This document shows, piece by piece, positions 53,762 to 63,632 of a stretch of DNA of 64,000 nt. Both the position numbers and the translations under genes were made by a program. The first letter of the stretch is position 1. Each line of letters begins with the position of its first letter. This DNA is from an uncultured Gammaproteobacteria bacterium (GTDB lineage Bacteria > Patescibacteriota > Patescibacteriia > Magasanikbacterales > GWA2-37-8), in the NCBI GenBank assembly GCA_964482695.1, contig CAYZYP010000001.1, positions 68,143 through 132,142 on the forward strand, read 5' to 3'. Under the pieces are notes generated by a model that made no database searches, was not told the origin of the DNA, and saw only the letters and a list, made by a program, of their open reading frames with translations.

Positions 53762-54883
53762 ATGAATATAAATTCAACAAAACCTTATTTCCCTGCTGAA
53801 GATATTGAAAATATTATTCTCGATATTCGAGAAATGTTTCGGACAGGCATGCTCGCTCAATCAATAAATGTAAAACAATTTGAAGATGAGTTTGCTAAAT
53901 ATGTTGGCACAAAATTCGCCATTGCTACTAATTCGGGCACCTCTACTTTAGAAATAATATTGCGATATTTTAATGTTAAAGATAAAGAAGTTATAGTACC
54001 GACGAATACTTTTATTGCTTCATCGAATGCTGTTATATTTGCAGGTGGCAAACCTGTTTTAGCCGATATAAAGGCAGATTCTTTATGTATAAATCCCAAA
54101 GATATTGAAAATAAACTTACTGACAAGACCTGTGGAATTATGATTGTTCATTTGGCAGGTCTGATTTGTCCTGACTTGGAGGAAATAAAGACGATATGTA
54201 ATAAGAACAATTTGTTTTTAATTGAGGATGCTGCCCATGCACATGGTGCGTCAGTGAGAGGTGTAAAAGCTGGGAATTTAAGTGATGCCGGTTCTTTCTC
54301 CTTCTTCCCATCGAAAGTAATGACGACTGGGGAAGGGGGAATGATAACTACTAATAACAAGGAACTTGCTGAATTGGCTCGTAGCATGCGTCATCATGGT
54401 ATTGGTGATGCACGAGGTGAGCTTGTTCGTCTTGGGTATAATTGGAGAATGAGCGAAATTAATGCTATTTTAGGAAAATATCAGTTAAGGAGATTAGATC
54501 AGTTTATTGATAAAAGAATTCATATTGCAGAAATATATAATTCGCAATTCAAACATTGTGAACGCGTTCATACAATTTCAGTTCCACCAGACGTTAGACA
54601 CAGTTATTATAAATTTCCGCTCATATTAAACAAGGGAATTGATAGGGAGTTTGTTAGTATTAAATTAAAGCAGGATTATAATATAGGTGTTGGTTCTATT
54701 TACTGGCCTCCTTGTCACCTTCAACCTGTTTATCTAGATCTTTTTAAATTTAAAAAAGGTATGCTTCCTGTAGCCGAGGATATATTAAATAGGACGATCG
54801 CCCTTCCAATATTTATTGAAATGACAGACCTAGAAATTGAATATGTGGTTGATAGCGTAATAAAAATAATAAAGAATTATTGA
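53762..54883 (+). CDS. DegT/DnrJ/EryC1/StrS PLP-dependent aminotransferase
   Basis: NSGT, IEDAAHAHG, FSFFPSKVMTTGEGG, GYNWRM. Confidence 0.92.
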   Translation: MNINSTKPYFPAEDIENIILDIREMFRTGMLAQSINVKQFEDEFAKYVGTKFAIATNSGTSTLEIILRYFNVKDKEVIVPTNTFIASSNAVIFAGGKPVLADIKADSLCINPKDIENKLTDKTCGIMIVHLAGLICPDLEEIKTICNKNNLFLIEDAAHAHGASVRGVKAGNLSDAGSFSFFPSKVMTTGEGGMITTNNKELAELARSMRHHGIGDARGELVRLGYNWRMSEINAILGKYQLRRLDQFIDKRIHIAEIYNSQFKHCERVHTISVPPDVRHSYYKFPLILNKGIDREFVSIKLKQDYNIGVGSIYWPPCHLQPVYLDLFKFKKGMLPVAEDILNRTIALPIFIEMTDLEIEYVVDSVIKIIKNY

Positions 54884-54894
54884 AAGACAATTGT

Positions 54895-55599
54895 ATGATC
54901 ATTGGAATTCATCAACCGAATTTCTTACCGTGGATTAGTTATTTTCATAAAATTAAATCAGTAGATAAGTTTGTTTTTTTAGATGATGTCCAAATTCCCC
55001 GAGGTAAAAGTTATTGCTCAAGAACTAAAATTTTAATACAAAATTCTGAAGCATGGTTAACCATACCTATCTTAAATAAATCAGAGATGTTGTTAATTAA
55101 AGATGTGAAGGTAAATAATAATTTAAATTGGAAAAAAAAACATCTTAGAACTTTGGAATTAAATTACCGCAAAAGTCTATTTTTCCATGAAGTTATAGAT
55201 ATTATAAATAATGTTTATGAGGATGATTCCGAGTATTTGATTGATTATAATATGCCATTAATAACAAAAATTTCTCAATATTTGGATTTAAAAACGGAAT
55301 TTATAAAATCATCTGAAATTTCATTAAATAGGGAAATAACTGGTTTGGAAAAAATACTTGAGATAAATAAAATTCTAAAATCTGATAGCTATCTTTCTGG
55401 TTCTGGAAGGGGTTCACAAAGATATATCGACGAAGCTCGATTTAAACCTGAAAATATAAACTTGATCTGGCAAGAATTTGTTCATTCAACTTATCCTCAA
55501 CTTTCAAAAAATTTTATTCGTAATCTTTCAATTATTGATTTACTTTTTAATTGTGGTAAAAACAGCAGCCAGATATTAAATGGTATCTCGTTAAGTTAA
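54895..55599 (+). CDS. WbqC-family protein
   Basis: IHQPNFLPW..YF.KI...D.FV.LDDVQ, WLTIP, YLSG, YPQ, LSIIDLLFNCG. Confidence 0.9.
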   Translation: MIIGIHQPNFLPWISYFHKIKSVDKFVFLDDVQIPRGKSYCSRTKILIQNSEAWLTIPILNKSEMLLIKDVKVNNNLNWKKKHLRTLELNYRKSLFFHEVIDIINNVYEDDSEYLIDYNMPLITKISQYLDLKTEFIKSSEISLNREITGLEKILEINKILKSDSYLSGSGRGSQRYIDEARFKPENINLIWQEFVHSTYPQLSKNFIRNLSIIDLLFNCGKNSSQILNGISLS

Positions 55600-55601
55600 T
55601 A

Positions 55602-55643
55602 GTGAACAACCCTGTGGGTGCCTGTGAGGGCACACCACAGGGT
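55602..55643. repeat. GC-rich hairpin preceded by GTGAACAAC
   Basis: ACCCTGTGG-GTGCC-loop-GGCAC-A-CCACAGGGT in a short intergenic gap. Confidence 0.55.
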
Positions 55644-55684
55644 GTGCTAATTATAAAATCAATTTATTTATTAAACAACGTAGT

Positions 55685-56440
55685 ATGAAAAATTTGATTC
55701 AAATGAAACGCAACTTAATGGATTTTTTTAGAAAAATATTTTTATTGAGCGTCGCATTAAAACCGAAAGATCCCGAGGCCTACCGTATAGGTAAATGGAG
55801 TCACGGCAGCCTGAAGCGTAAACGCTTAGATATTATTTTTCCGCATATAAAGGATATTGTAGACGAAATAAAAATTTTAAATCCGTTTGATCGTATGATA
55901 GGAACGTCATTAGATACTTTAGAGATGGTGATACTTGCAAGTATTGTAAAATATACCAATTCCAATAATATTTTAGAAATAGGAACTTATGATGGCAACA
56001 CTGCTTTAAATATCGCGGCAAATTCTTCATCTGATGCCAAAATTTTCACGGTAGATTTGCCGCTTGAATGGGATGGATTGCCAAAGATAAAAGTGCCGGA
56101 GAATTATTTCCATATACCCGATAGATCTATTACTGGACGCCAATTCAAGAATACTATTTATGAAAAAAAAATAACACAAATTTTGTGTGATTCAGCCGCG
56201 TTAGATTATGACGCCTTACCCCTTTTTGATCTCATATTTATTGACGGCTGTCATTTTTATGAATATGTAAAAAATGATACGTTCAATGCTATGAAGCATG
56301 TTAAAAAAGGAGGAAGCATAATTTGGCATGATTATGGTCAGATAAGGCATGTTTCGAAAGCCGTGGATGAAGTTAAACAGGAGATGAGTGATATATGCGC
56401 TATCTCCGGCACTAGATTTGCCGTAGGTATAAAGAAATAA
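55685..56440 (+). CDS. Class I SAM-dependent methyltransferase (Methyltransf_24-like)
   Basis: ILEIGTYDG, TVDL, DLIFIDGCH.YE.V..D, GG.IIWHDY. Confidence 0.88.
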   Translation: MKNLIQMKRNLMDFFRKIFLLSVALKPKDPEAYRIGKWSHGSLKRKRLDIIFPHIKDIVDEIKILNPFDRMIGTSLDTLEMVILASIVKYTNSNNILEIGTYDGNTALNIAANSSSDAKIFTVDLPLEWDGLPKIKVPENYFHIPDRSITGRQFKNTIYEKKITQILCDSAALDYDALPLFDLIFIDGCHFYEYVKNDTFNAMKHVKKGGSIIWHDYGQIRHVSKAVDEVKQEMSDICAISGTRFAVGIKK

Positions 56441-56488
56441 TATATAGTAGCATCAAATCTATTATCACACGCAACTTAATCTAGATAT

Positions 56489-57190
56489 ATGAAGTCAAAA
56501 ATAAGTACAAAGATCAGGAAGAATGTGCATACAGGTCAAAATATTTCTATCGGCAATAATGTTATTGTCTACGAAGGGGTTGTTGTCAGAGATAATGTTC
56601 GGATTGATGACAACGTTATCCTTGGTAAATCGCCATTGGTATCTAAAAATTCCGCCACCACAAAAGAAAAAAAATTATCGACATTAATTATTGGTGATGG
56701 CACATTGATTGGTTCCGGAGTAACTATTTATGCTGGTGCGAAAATTGGAAACAATTGTTTGATAGCGGATAATGCCACGGTTCGTGAGGATGTTGTTGTC
56801 GGAGATAACACTATAATCGGTAGCAGGGCTTTGATAGAAAATCAAGTCGAGATAGGAAGTCGCTGTAAAATTCAATCAAATGTTCACATTGTTCCGTATT
56901 CAAAAATAGAAGATTTCGTTTTCATTGCGCCGGGCGTGCTAACCTCTAACGACGTGTATGTGGGCAGGACAAAGGAAAGATTGACGAAGTTCAAAGGGGT
57001 CCATATAAAGAAAGGCGCGCGTATTGGAGTGGGCGTGGTGCTATTGCCAGGAATCACAATTAATGAAGACGCGTTAGTTGGTGCTGGCTCTGTGGTAACA
57101 AAAGACGTTCCGGCGAGAACAGTAGTTGTGGGCGTGCCCGCGAAATATTTGAAAGATGTTCCTAATGAACAGTTATTGGAAAATCAATAG
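56489..57190 (+). CDS. Hexapeptide-repeat N-acetyltransferase (WbpD/WlbB-like)
   Basis: Left-handed beta-helix repeats, CKIQ, FIAP.V...ND, VGAGSVVTKDVP...VVG.PA. Confidence 0.85.
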   Translation: MKSKISTKIRKNVHTGQNISIGNNVIVYEGVVVRDNVRIDDNVILGKSPLVSKNSATTKEKKLSTLIIGDGTLIGSGVTIYAGAKIGNNCLIADNATVREDVVVGDNTIIGSRALIENQVEIGSRCKIQSNVHIVPYSKIEDFVFIAPGVLTSNDVYVGRTKERLTKFKGVHIKKGARIGVGVVLLPGITINEDALVGAGSVVTKDVPARTVVVGVPAKYLKDVPNEQLLENQ

Positions 57191-57206
57191 ATTGAATTTA
57201 GTTTTT

Positions 57207-58304
57207 ATGCAAACTATTCCCTTTATCGATCTGAAAAAGCAGTATCAGAATCTAAAATCAGAGATCACACCTAGAGTTGAGAAAGTTCTTGAAGAGAGCT
57301 CTTTTATTTTGGGAGAGGTAGTGGAAAATTTTGAAAAAAATGTTTCTGATTATTTAGGCCAAAAATCTTTAGGCTGCGCTTCTGGTAGCGATGCTTTGCT
57401 GTTGTCTTTGATGGCTATTGGAATTAAGATGGGTGATGAGGTGATTACCACACCCTTTACCTTTTTTGCCACCGCTGGCGCTGTCGCGCGTTTGGGAGTC
57501 AAGCCGGTATTTGTGGATATAAATGAAAATGATTTTAATATTGATGTTTCTAAAATAGAAGCAGTTATAACCAAAAAAACCAAAGCAATTTTGATTGTTC
57601 ATCTTTTTGGCCAGGCAGTTGACATGGATAGCATTATGTCATTGGCTAAAAAACATAATTTAAAAGTAATAGAAGACGCCTGTCAGGCATTTGGCGCGGA
57701 GTATAAAGGTAAAAAAGTTGGCACGATAGGTGATTTTGGCTGTTTTTCTTTTTTCCCTACCAAAAATTTAGGCGGTGCTGGCGATGGTGGTTTGATTACT
57801 TGTAAGTCATTAATTGATTATGAATTAATTAAAAAGTTGCGAGTTCATGGTTCTAAAAATAAATATTTTCATGAATATATTGGTATAAATTCTCGTTTGG
57901 ACGCCATTCAGGCGGCTATTCTAGATGTAAAATTAGCGTATGTTGATAATTGGAATGAGAAAAGAAGGGAAATAGCCAGTAAATATTCAAAAGAATTAAG
58001 CGATTTTGTGCGAACACCCCAGAGAAATGATTATGCAAAACATATTTATCATCAGTACGCGGTTTTAACAGACAGACGAGACGAATCATTGTCTCGTTTA
58101 CAGGAAAATGGCGTGGCTGCCGGTGTTTATTATCCACTGCCACTGCACTTGCAGGATTGTTTTAAATATCTGAATTACGCGCAAGGAGATTTTCCTATTA
58201 CCGAAGAGGTGAGCAAACAAATTTTAAGTTTGCCAATTTACCCAGAAATGACAGGCGCGCAGATAGATTACGTAATAAAATCCATGAAGTCATTTTTTGT
58301 ATGA
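57207..58304 (+). CDS. DegT-family aminotransferase (WbpE/WlbC-like)
   Basis: IPFIDLK.QY, ASGSDAL, FTFFATA, IEDACQAFG, SFFPTKNLG.AGDGG, NSRLDAIQAA. Confidence 0.92.
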   Translation: MQTIPFIDLKKQYQNLKSEITPRVEKVLEESSFILGEVVENFEKNVSDYLGQKSLGCASGSDALLLSLMAIGIKMGDEVITTPFTFFATAGAVARLGVKPVFVDINENDFNIDVSKIEAVITKKTKAILIVHLFGQAVDMDSIMSLAKKHNLKVIEDACQAFGAEYKGKKVGTIGDFGCFSFFPTKNLGGAGDGGLITCKSLIDYELIKKLRVHGSKNKYFHEYIGINSRLDAIQAAILDVKLAYVDNWNEKRREIASKYSKELSDFVRTPQRNDYAKHIYHQYAVLTDRRDESLSRLQENGVAAGVYYPLPLHLQDCFKYLNYAQGDFPITEEVSKQILSLPIYPEMTGAQIDYVIKSMKSFFV

Positions 58305-60472
58305 AACAAATTTATTTTCTTTCCGCCTTTTTCCCTTCTTTTGCTGGCGGAGCGGAAAAATCTATTTTAGAGGAGTTTAAATTATATACAACAAAAGGTT
58401 ATGGAATAACTGGTTTAACTTTTGATAATTTGTTTAAAAGCAATTCTTACGACTTTGGCTGTATTCAAGGTAAAAATTTTCATTTATCTTTTTCTTTTTT
58501 GCTTCGCCATTCTCGCTTGGCTTATTTATTTTTTAATCGTTCGCGAGTTAATAGAATTTTAGAAAAAGAAAAGCAAAATATTAAACAGGCGGAGTTTGTT
58601 ATTTTACAAGGACTATACACGCCGTATATTGCTAAATGGTGTTTTAATAACGGTATTAAATACCATTATTATTTAAGAGACGGAGCTAGTATCAACTTTT
58701 TTTTAAATCAGGCGCGTGGGCTTAGACGACTGCGTAAGTACTTAAAGTTATTCATAGAGATGCCTTTTATAATTGATTTTCGCGTTGGCAATAGGAATGC
58801 CTTAAAAAGAGCATCTAAAATTATAGCTAACTCTGATAAAATGGCTGAACTATTATTCCAACGTTTTGACTTAAAGGCAACCGAAGTGGTTTATCCGAAG
58901 GTTTGCATTAATAAAATAACAAATTTTGTTTTAGACTCGGCTAAACAGGAATTTATTACGTTGATTGGAGGCAGAGACTCAGACAAGGCGTATGAAATTT
59001 TTCTTCGCACTGCCAAAAAAATGCCAGAGCATGAATTTATGGTCGTTGAAAAAAGAAATGGTTCGTATAAAAAAGGAAACATTACCTTTGCTCCGAGGCA
59101 GGATGACGTTCGAAAGATATATGAAAAAACAAAGGTGGCTATTAGTATCTCCAGATGGAATAACGCATTTTCTGGACGAGTAGGCATGGAGGCTGGACGT
59201 CTGGGTATACCTGTTATCTCTAGCTCGTCGATTCCAGACGCTCAAGTCGATAGCCGGAAAATTTATATTTTGAAAGACATTGATGATGTGGATGAATGGA
59301 TTGAGGCGATCAGATCATTTGAGACAAAAAGAGGTATTTTTATTTTTAATTCCGATTTTGGAGTTAGAAATACTATTGGGGCAAGGGCTCATCAAATTTG
59401 GAAAAGATTGACTTATAAAAACGGTGTGAACGTTTTTTGTCGAAATTACCGTAGAAGCACTTTGCCGAGCTCGCTTGTAAAAAAGGTTGTACCAGGGGGA
59501 GCCGTTTTAATGAAATTTATCAACGCGCTCCATATTTATTTTCCATTGGTCAATAGAATTGACCTTAATAAATTAAAGGTTGATATTTTCCAATATTTCC
59601 TTTTAAAGAAATTGAAAAAAGTAAATTTACGGAACATTGATTTTGTCCATTCTTGGGATTTTTTGCCAAAAACATATGCTTGGCTGAAAAAAAATAATCC
59701 ACAAATTAAAATTTTTCAAGATGTGCCAATGGCGTTTAGTTCTATTTTGGAGCGTGTTTTAAAAACAGAAGAAGTTTATGACAAAATAGATCTATCTATT
59801 CCCGCTTACATAAAAGAAACGTTTAAATATGTAGATAAATATATTGTACCGTCTGCCTTTGTTAAAGATTCTTTGTTAAATGAAAACATTGATCAAAATA
59901 AAATTGCGGTAGTTCCTTTTGGCGTTGACGCCACTGTCTTTCAACCAAAAGAAAAAGTTCAAGACGAAATTTTCCGCGTTGCTTTTTCTGGGGCAGTAAA
60001 TAATCGTAAAGGGGCAAGTTATCTTGTAGAGGCATGGAAACAACTTAAATTAGAAAAAGCGGAATTACATTTATATGGCAGAGTTTACCCCGAAGCTTTT
60101 GCGTATTTGTCGGAATTAAAAGAAAATAGTATTTTTATTCATGGTTTTGTAAATATTGTAGAGGAATTGCCCAAAAACGACATTTTCGTCTTTCCGTCTC
60201 TACTAGAAGGCTCTTCCAAAGCTGTTTACGAGGCCTTGGCCTGTGGTTTGCCGGTTGTTACCACTTATAACGCCGGATCTATTATTAAAGACGGCGTAGA
60301 GGGTTTTATTGTGCCTACTCAAGACGTTAATTCGCTTAAAAATAAGATATTATTTTTTTATCAGAATAGAGAAGCGGTTATGGAATTTGGGCAACGAGCT
60401 CGCAAATTAGCATTGGAATATAGTTGGCAAAAATATGGCAAGCAAGTGGCTAAAGAGTATATAAATCTATGA
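58301..60472 (+). CDS. Tandem two-module GT4-family glycosyltransferase
   Basis: First module GGAE...GRVGMEA..LGIPVI; second module FVFPSLLEG....YEALACGLPVV. Confidence 0.8.
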   Translation: MKQIYFLSAFFPSFAGGAEKSILEEFKLYTTKGYGITGLTFDNLFKSNSYDFGCIQGKNFHLSFSFLLRHSRLAYLFFNRSRVNRILEKEKQNIKQAEFVILQGLYTPYIAKWCFNNGIKYHYYLRDGASINFFLNQARGLRRLRKYLKLFIEMPFIIDFRVGNRNALKRASKIIANSDKMAELLFQRFDLKATEVVYPKVCINKITNFVLDSAKQEFITLIGGRDSDKAYEIFLRTAKKMPEHEFMVVEKRNGSYKKGNITFAPRQDDVRKIYEKTKVAISISRWNNAFSGRVGMEAGRLGIPVISSSSIPDAQVDSRKIYILKDIDDVDEWIEAIRSFETKRGIFIFNSDFGVRNTIGARAHQIWKRLTYKNGVNVFCRNYRRSTLPSSLVKKVVPGGAVLMKFINALHIYFPLVNRIDLNKLKVDIFQYFLLKKLKKVNLRNIDFVHSWDFLPKTYAWLKKNNPQIKIFQDVPMAFSSILERVLKTEEVYDKIDLSIPAYIKETFKYVDKYIVPSAFVKDSLLNENIDQNKIAVVPFGVDATVFQPKEKVQDEIFRVAFSGAVNNRKGASYLVEAWKQLKLEKAELHLYGRVYPEAFAYLSELKENSIFIHGFVNIVEELPKNDIFVFPSLLEGSSKAVYEALACGLPVVTTYNAGSIIKDGVEGFIVPTQDVNSLKNKILFFYQNREAVMEFGQRARKLALEYSWQKYGKQVAKEYINL

Positions 60473-61545
60473 AACTAGCTTATATCACCAACATTAAAAC
60501 ACCAGCCGGAGACGCACAGTCTATTCAGGTGCAAGCAATGAGCCGTACCTTTTTTAAAGTGTTGGGCGATGATTTTTTGTTTATTTCTCCGTTAGATGAA
60601 AAAAATAAAGAATTTAGAAGCGCGTACCAGTGGGTAAAAATTAAATCTCCTTTTTCCGAACGTCGGTCCATAAGATATTTTTGGCTGACTCTTTTATCTT
60701 GGAAAATGGTAAGAAAATTTAAGCCAGATTATATTTATAGCCGGGATATTGGAGTTATCTTTTTTTATCATTTATTAGGTTGCAAGGTAATTTACGAAAT
60801 TCACAAACCATTTGAAACTAAGATAGGTTATAGATTATTTTCATTTTTAGCTTCAAAAATAAAGGTAGTAGCCATTTCGCAAGCTTTAAGTAATTTTGTG
60901 ATAGAGAAATATAAAATAAAGTCGGATAAAATTTTGGTGGCTCATGACGGGGTATTTTTGGAGGATTTTATAAATTTAAATAAACAAAAATGTCGTCAAG
61001 AACTTTTATTAGAAACTAATTTACCACTGCCTGCCTTTGTTGTTTTATATAGCGGCAACTTATACATTGGTAAAGGATTAGAAATAATAATAAATACAGC
61101 CAAGCAATTACCGGAAATATTTTTTGTTATTGTTGGCACTGTGGCAGATAAGGTTAACCATGATATCCCCAAAAATATAATATTTTTAGGGCGTAAGACA
61201 AGTAAACAAATCCCAACTTATTTAGCAGGCGCGAACTTGCTTATTTTACCATTTACAAAAAATTTAAAAACATGGCAATATCATTCGGCTTTAAAAATGT
61301 TTGAATACATGGCTTCTAAAACACCTATTCTAGCCTCTGGCATAGGTTCTGTACTTGAAATTTATAACACAGAAAATGCTTACTTATTTTCCCCAGACTT
61401 AAAAGAAGACAGTGTGATAAAAATCAAAGAAATCAAAGAAAATTATAAAAAAGCGCGAGAAAAAGCCGATCTGGCATTTTCGCAAGTTAAGCAGTATACT
61501 TGGTGTGGCCGCGCTGATAATATTTTAAATTTTTTAAAAAAGTAA
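60469..61545 (+). CDS. GT4-family glycosyltransferase
   Basis: A.SIQV..M, YEIH, YSG.L...KGL, SALKMFEYMAS..PI. Confidence 0.88.
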   Translation: MKLAYITNIKTPAGDAQSIQVQAMSRTFFKVLGDDFLFISPLDEKNKEFRSAYQWVKIKSPFSERRSIRYFWLTLLSWKMVRKFKPDYIYSRDIGVIFFYHLLGCKVIYEIHKPFETKIGYRLFSFLASKIKVVAISQALSNFVIEKYKIKSDKILVAHDGVFLEDFINLNKQKCRQELLLETNLPLPAFVVLYSGNLYIGKGLEIIINTAKQLPEIFFVIVGTVADKVNHDIPKNIIFLGRKTSKQIPTYLAGANLLILPFTKNLKTWQYHSALKMFEYMASKTPILASGIGSVLEIYNTENAYLFSPDLKEDSVIKIKEIKENYKKAREKADLAFSQVKQYTWCGRADNILNFLKK

Positions 61546-61551
61546 AGTAAT

Positions 61552-63465
61552 ATGTGCGGTATTGTTGGTGGTATCAGCAAAACAATTAAAAAAGATGAGA
61601 TTGAAAAAATAGTTTCTAGCTTAAAGCATCGCGGGCCAGATGGTAGCGGCAGTTTTTATAATAAAGAAAATAATATTTTTTTAGGCCACACTAGGCTATC
61701 TATTATAGATTTATCGTCTAGAGGCAGTCAGCCAATGAAGAGCGTTAAAGAAGGCGGCGAGACGTGGATTAGTTTTAATGGCGAAATATATAATTATAAA
61801 GAGATAAAGGAAGATTTGTCTTTGAAAGGTTATGTTTTTACTAGTGATTCTGATACTGAAGTAGTTTTAAAATCATACATAGAATGGGGGGTAGAATGTG
61901 TCAAAAAATTTCGCGGCATGTTTGCTTTTGCTATTTGGGATGATAGAAAAAAGAAATTATTTTTGTTTCGCGACCGTTTTGGCGTTAAGCCTTTGTATTA
62001 TTATAAAAACGAAGCGTCTTTTGTCTTTGCTTCAGAATTAAAGGCAATTTACAGTTTTCCCGGTTACCAGAAAGAATTAAATTATTTAGCTTTAGGTCAA
62101 TATTTACAGTTTGGCTATATACCGGCGCCACTAACTATTTTTAAAAATACCTTTAAAATAAAGCCAGGGAGTTATTTAGAGGTTGATTTAGCAGGTAATT
62201 ATAAGGAATATAATTATTGGCAGCCAATGGATAGTATTAAAGAAAGGAATATAAAAGACAAAACAGTAGACGAAATAACTATTGAGCTGGAGAAAATTTT
62301 AGAAACCAGTTTTCAATATCGCATGGTAGCAGATGTTGATGTTGGTATTTTTTTGAGCAGTGGCGTTGATTCTTCTTTGGTAGCGGCTTTATTACAGAAA
62401 GATAACAACAAAAAGATAAAAACTTTTACCATTGGTTTTAAGGAAAAGGAATATAACGAAGCAGAAATTGCTAAAAAAATAGCTAATAATCTTGGTACCG
62501 ACCACCATGAGTATTATCTTTCGGCTAATGATGTTAAAGATTCACTAAATGAATACGTAGAAATTTTTGATGAGCCGTTTGGCGATAGTTCGGCTTTGGT
62601 CACCTATTTGCTAGCTAAAAATACCAGACAACAAGTAAAAGTGGCTTTGTCTGGCGATGGCGGCGATGAATTATTCGCTGGTTATAGCAAATACGAAGCG
62701 TTAGATTTTATTAAACATCGCAGCCGAGTTGGCCGTATTTCAGCTTTTTCATTACTATATTTCAGTCCAATAATTATTGATTCTATTTATAAAAATTTGG
62801 CCCCATTATTTGGTTTGCCAAAATATACTAATTTTAGAGAAAAAATAAATAAGTTGAGGAATGTTTTATCAGCTAGGAATTTTTCAGAAATGTTTACAAA
62901 CAGCAGTTCTTATCATCTGCCAAACGAAATTACAAGTTTATTGTCTAATAGCAATAATATAATTAGCCAAGAAAATTTTGTATCGCAGATTGTTGATCCT
63001 CGCGAACAAATGCAGGTATGGGATTTACAGCAATACTTGCCAGATGATATTTTGGTTAAAACCGACAGAACAACAATGGCAGTTGGCCTAGAAGCCCGCG
63101 AGCCATTTTTAGATCAATCAATTTGGAATTTTATTACAGAATTGCCATTAGAAATACGTTATAAAAATATCGGCTCTAAATATTTATTAAAGAAAATTTT
63201 GGCTAAGTATTTGCCAGAAGAATTATTAGACAGACCAAAAACAGGTTTTAAACCGCCAATATATGAATGGTTAAAAAGAGATTGGGCTGATTTAATAGAT
63301 AAATATTTATCAGTAGATTATATTAAAAAACAAAATATATTTAATATAGATTATATACAAATTTTAGTAACGCGCTGGCAAAAGGGTAAATATGTTAATC
63401 CGGATAAATTGTGGCTACTTATAGCTTTTCAATTATGGTATGAGAGGTGGTTGAGGATTGGTTAA
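61552..63465 (+). CDS. asnB: Asparagine synthase (glutamine-hydrolysing)-like amidotransferase of glycan loci
   Basis: MCGI, HRGPD, RLSIIDL, FNGEIYN, RD.FGVKPLY, LSSGVDSS, SGDGGDELF.GY. Confidence 0.92.
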   Translation: MCGIVGGISKTIKKDEIEKIVSSLKHRGPDGSGSFYNKENNIFLGHTRLSIIDLSSRGSQPMKSVKEGGETWISFNGEIYNYKEIKEDLSLKGYVFTSDSDTEVVLKSYIEWGVECVKKFRGMFAFAIWDDRKKKLFLFRDRFGVKPLYYYKNEASFVFASELKAIYSFPGYQKELNYLALGQYLQFGYIPAPLTIFKNTFKIKPGSYLEVDLAGNYKEYNYWQPMDSIKERNIKDKTVDEITIELEKILETSFQYRMVADVDVGIFLSSGVDSSLVAALLQKDNNKKIKTFTIGFKEKEYNEAEIAKKIANNLGTDHHEYYLSANDVKDSLNEYVEIFDEPFGDSSALVTYLLAKNTRQQVKVALSGDGGDELFAGYSKYEALDFIKHRSRVGRISAFSLLYFSPIIIDSIYKNLAPLFGLPKYTNFREKINKLRNVLSARNFSEMFTNSSSYHLPNEITSLLSNSNNIISQENFVSQIVDPREQMQVWDLQQYLPDDILVKTDRTTMAVGLEAREPFLDQSIWNFITELPLEIRYKNIGSKYLLKKILAKYLPEELLDRPKTGFKPPIYEWLKRDWADLIDKYLSVDYIKKQNIFNIDYIQILVTRWQKGKYVNPDKLWLLIAFQLWYERWLRIG

Positions 63466-63480
63466 TAATTAATTTTATTT

Positions 63481-63609
63481 TCGAGCGTAGCGAGTGAAGA
63501 GAAAAATATAAATATTTTTCTCTTCCGAGCAAGCGAAGATAAATACACCGCGGCTTGCCGCTATGCATATGCGAGCGAAAGCGAGCTTGGGTGCAGGGCT
63601 TGCCCTGCG
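63481..63609. repeat. Composite palindromic intergenic element
   Basis: GAAGAGAAAAATAT-AA-ATATTTTTCTCTTC stem; three CGAGC..AGCGA motifs; GCGGC-TT-GCCGC and GCAGGGC-TT-GCCCTGC hairpins. Confidence 0.7.
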
Positions 63610-63632
63610 GATTAATACCATTTATTTTAGTT

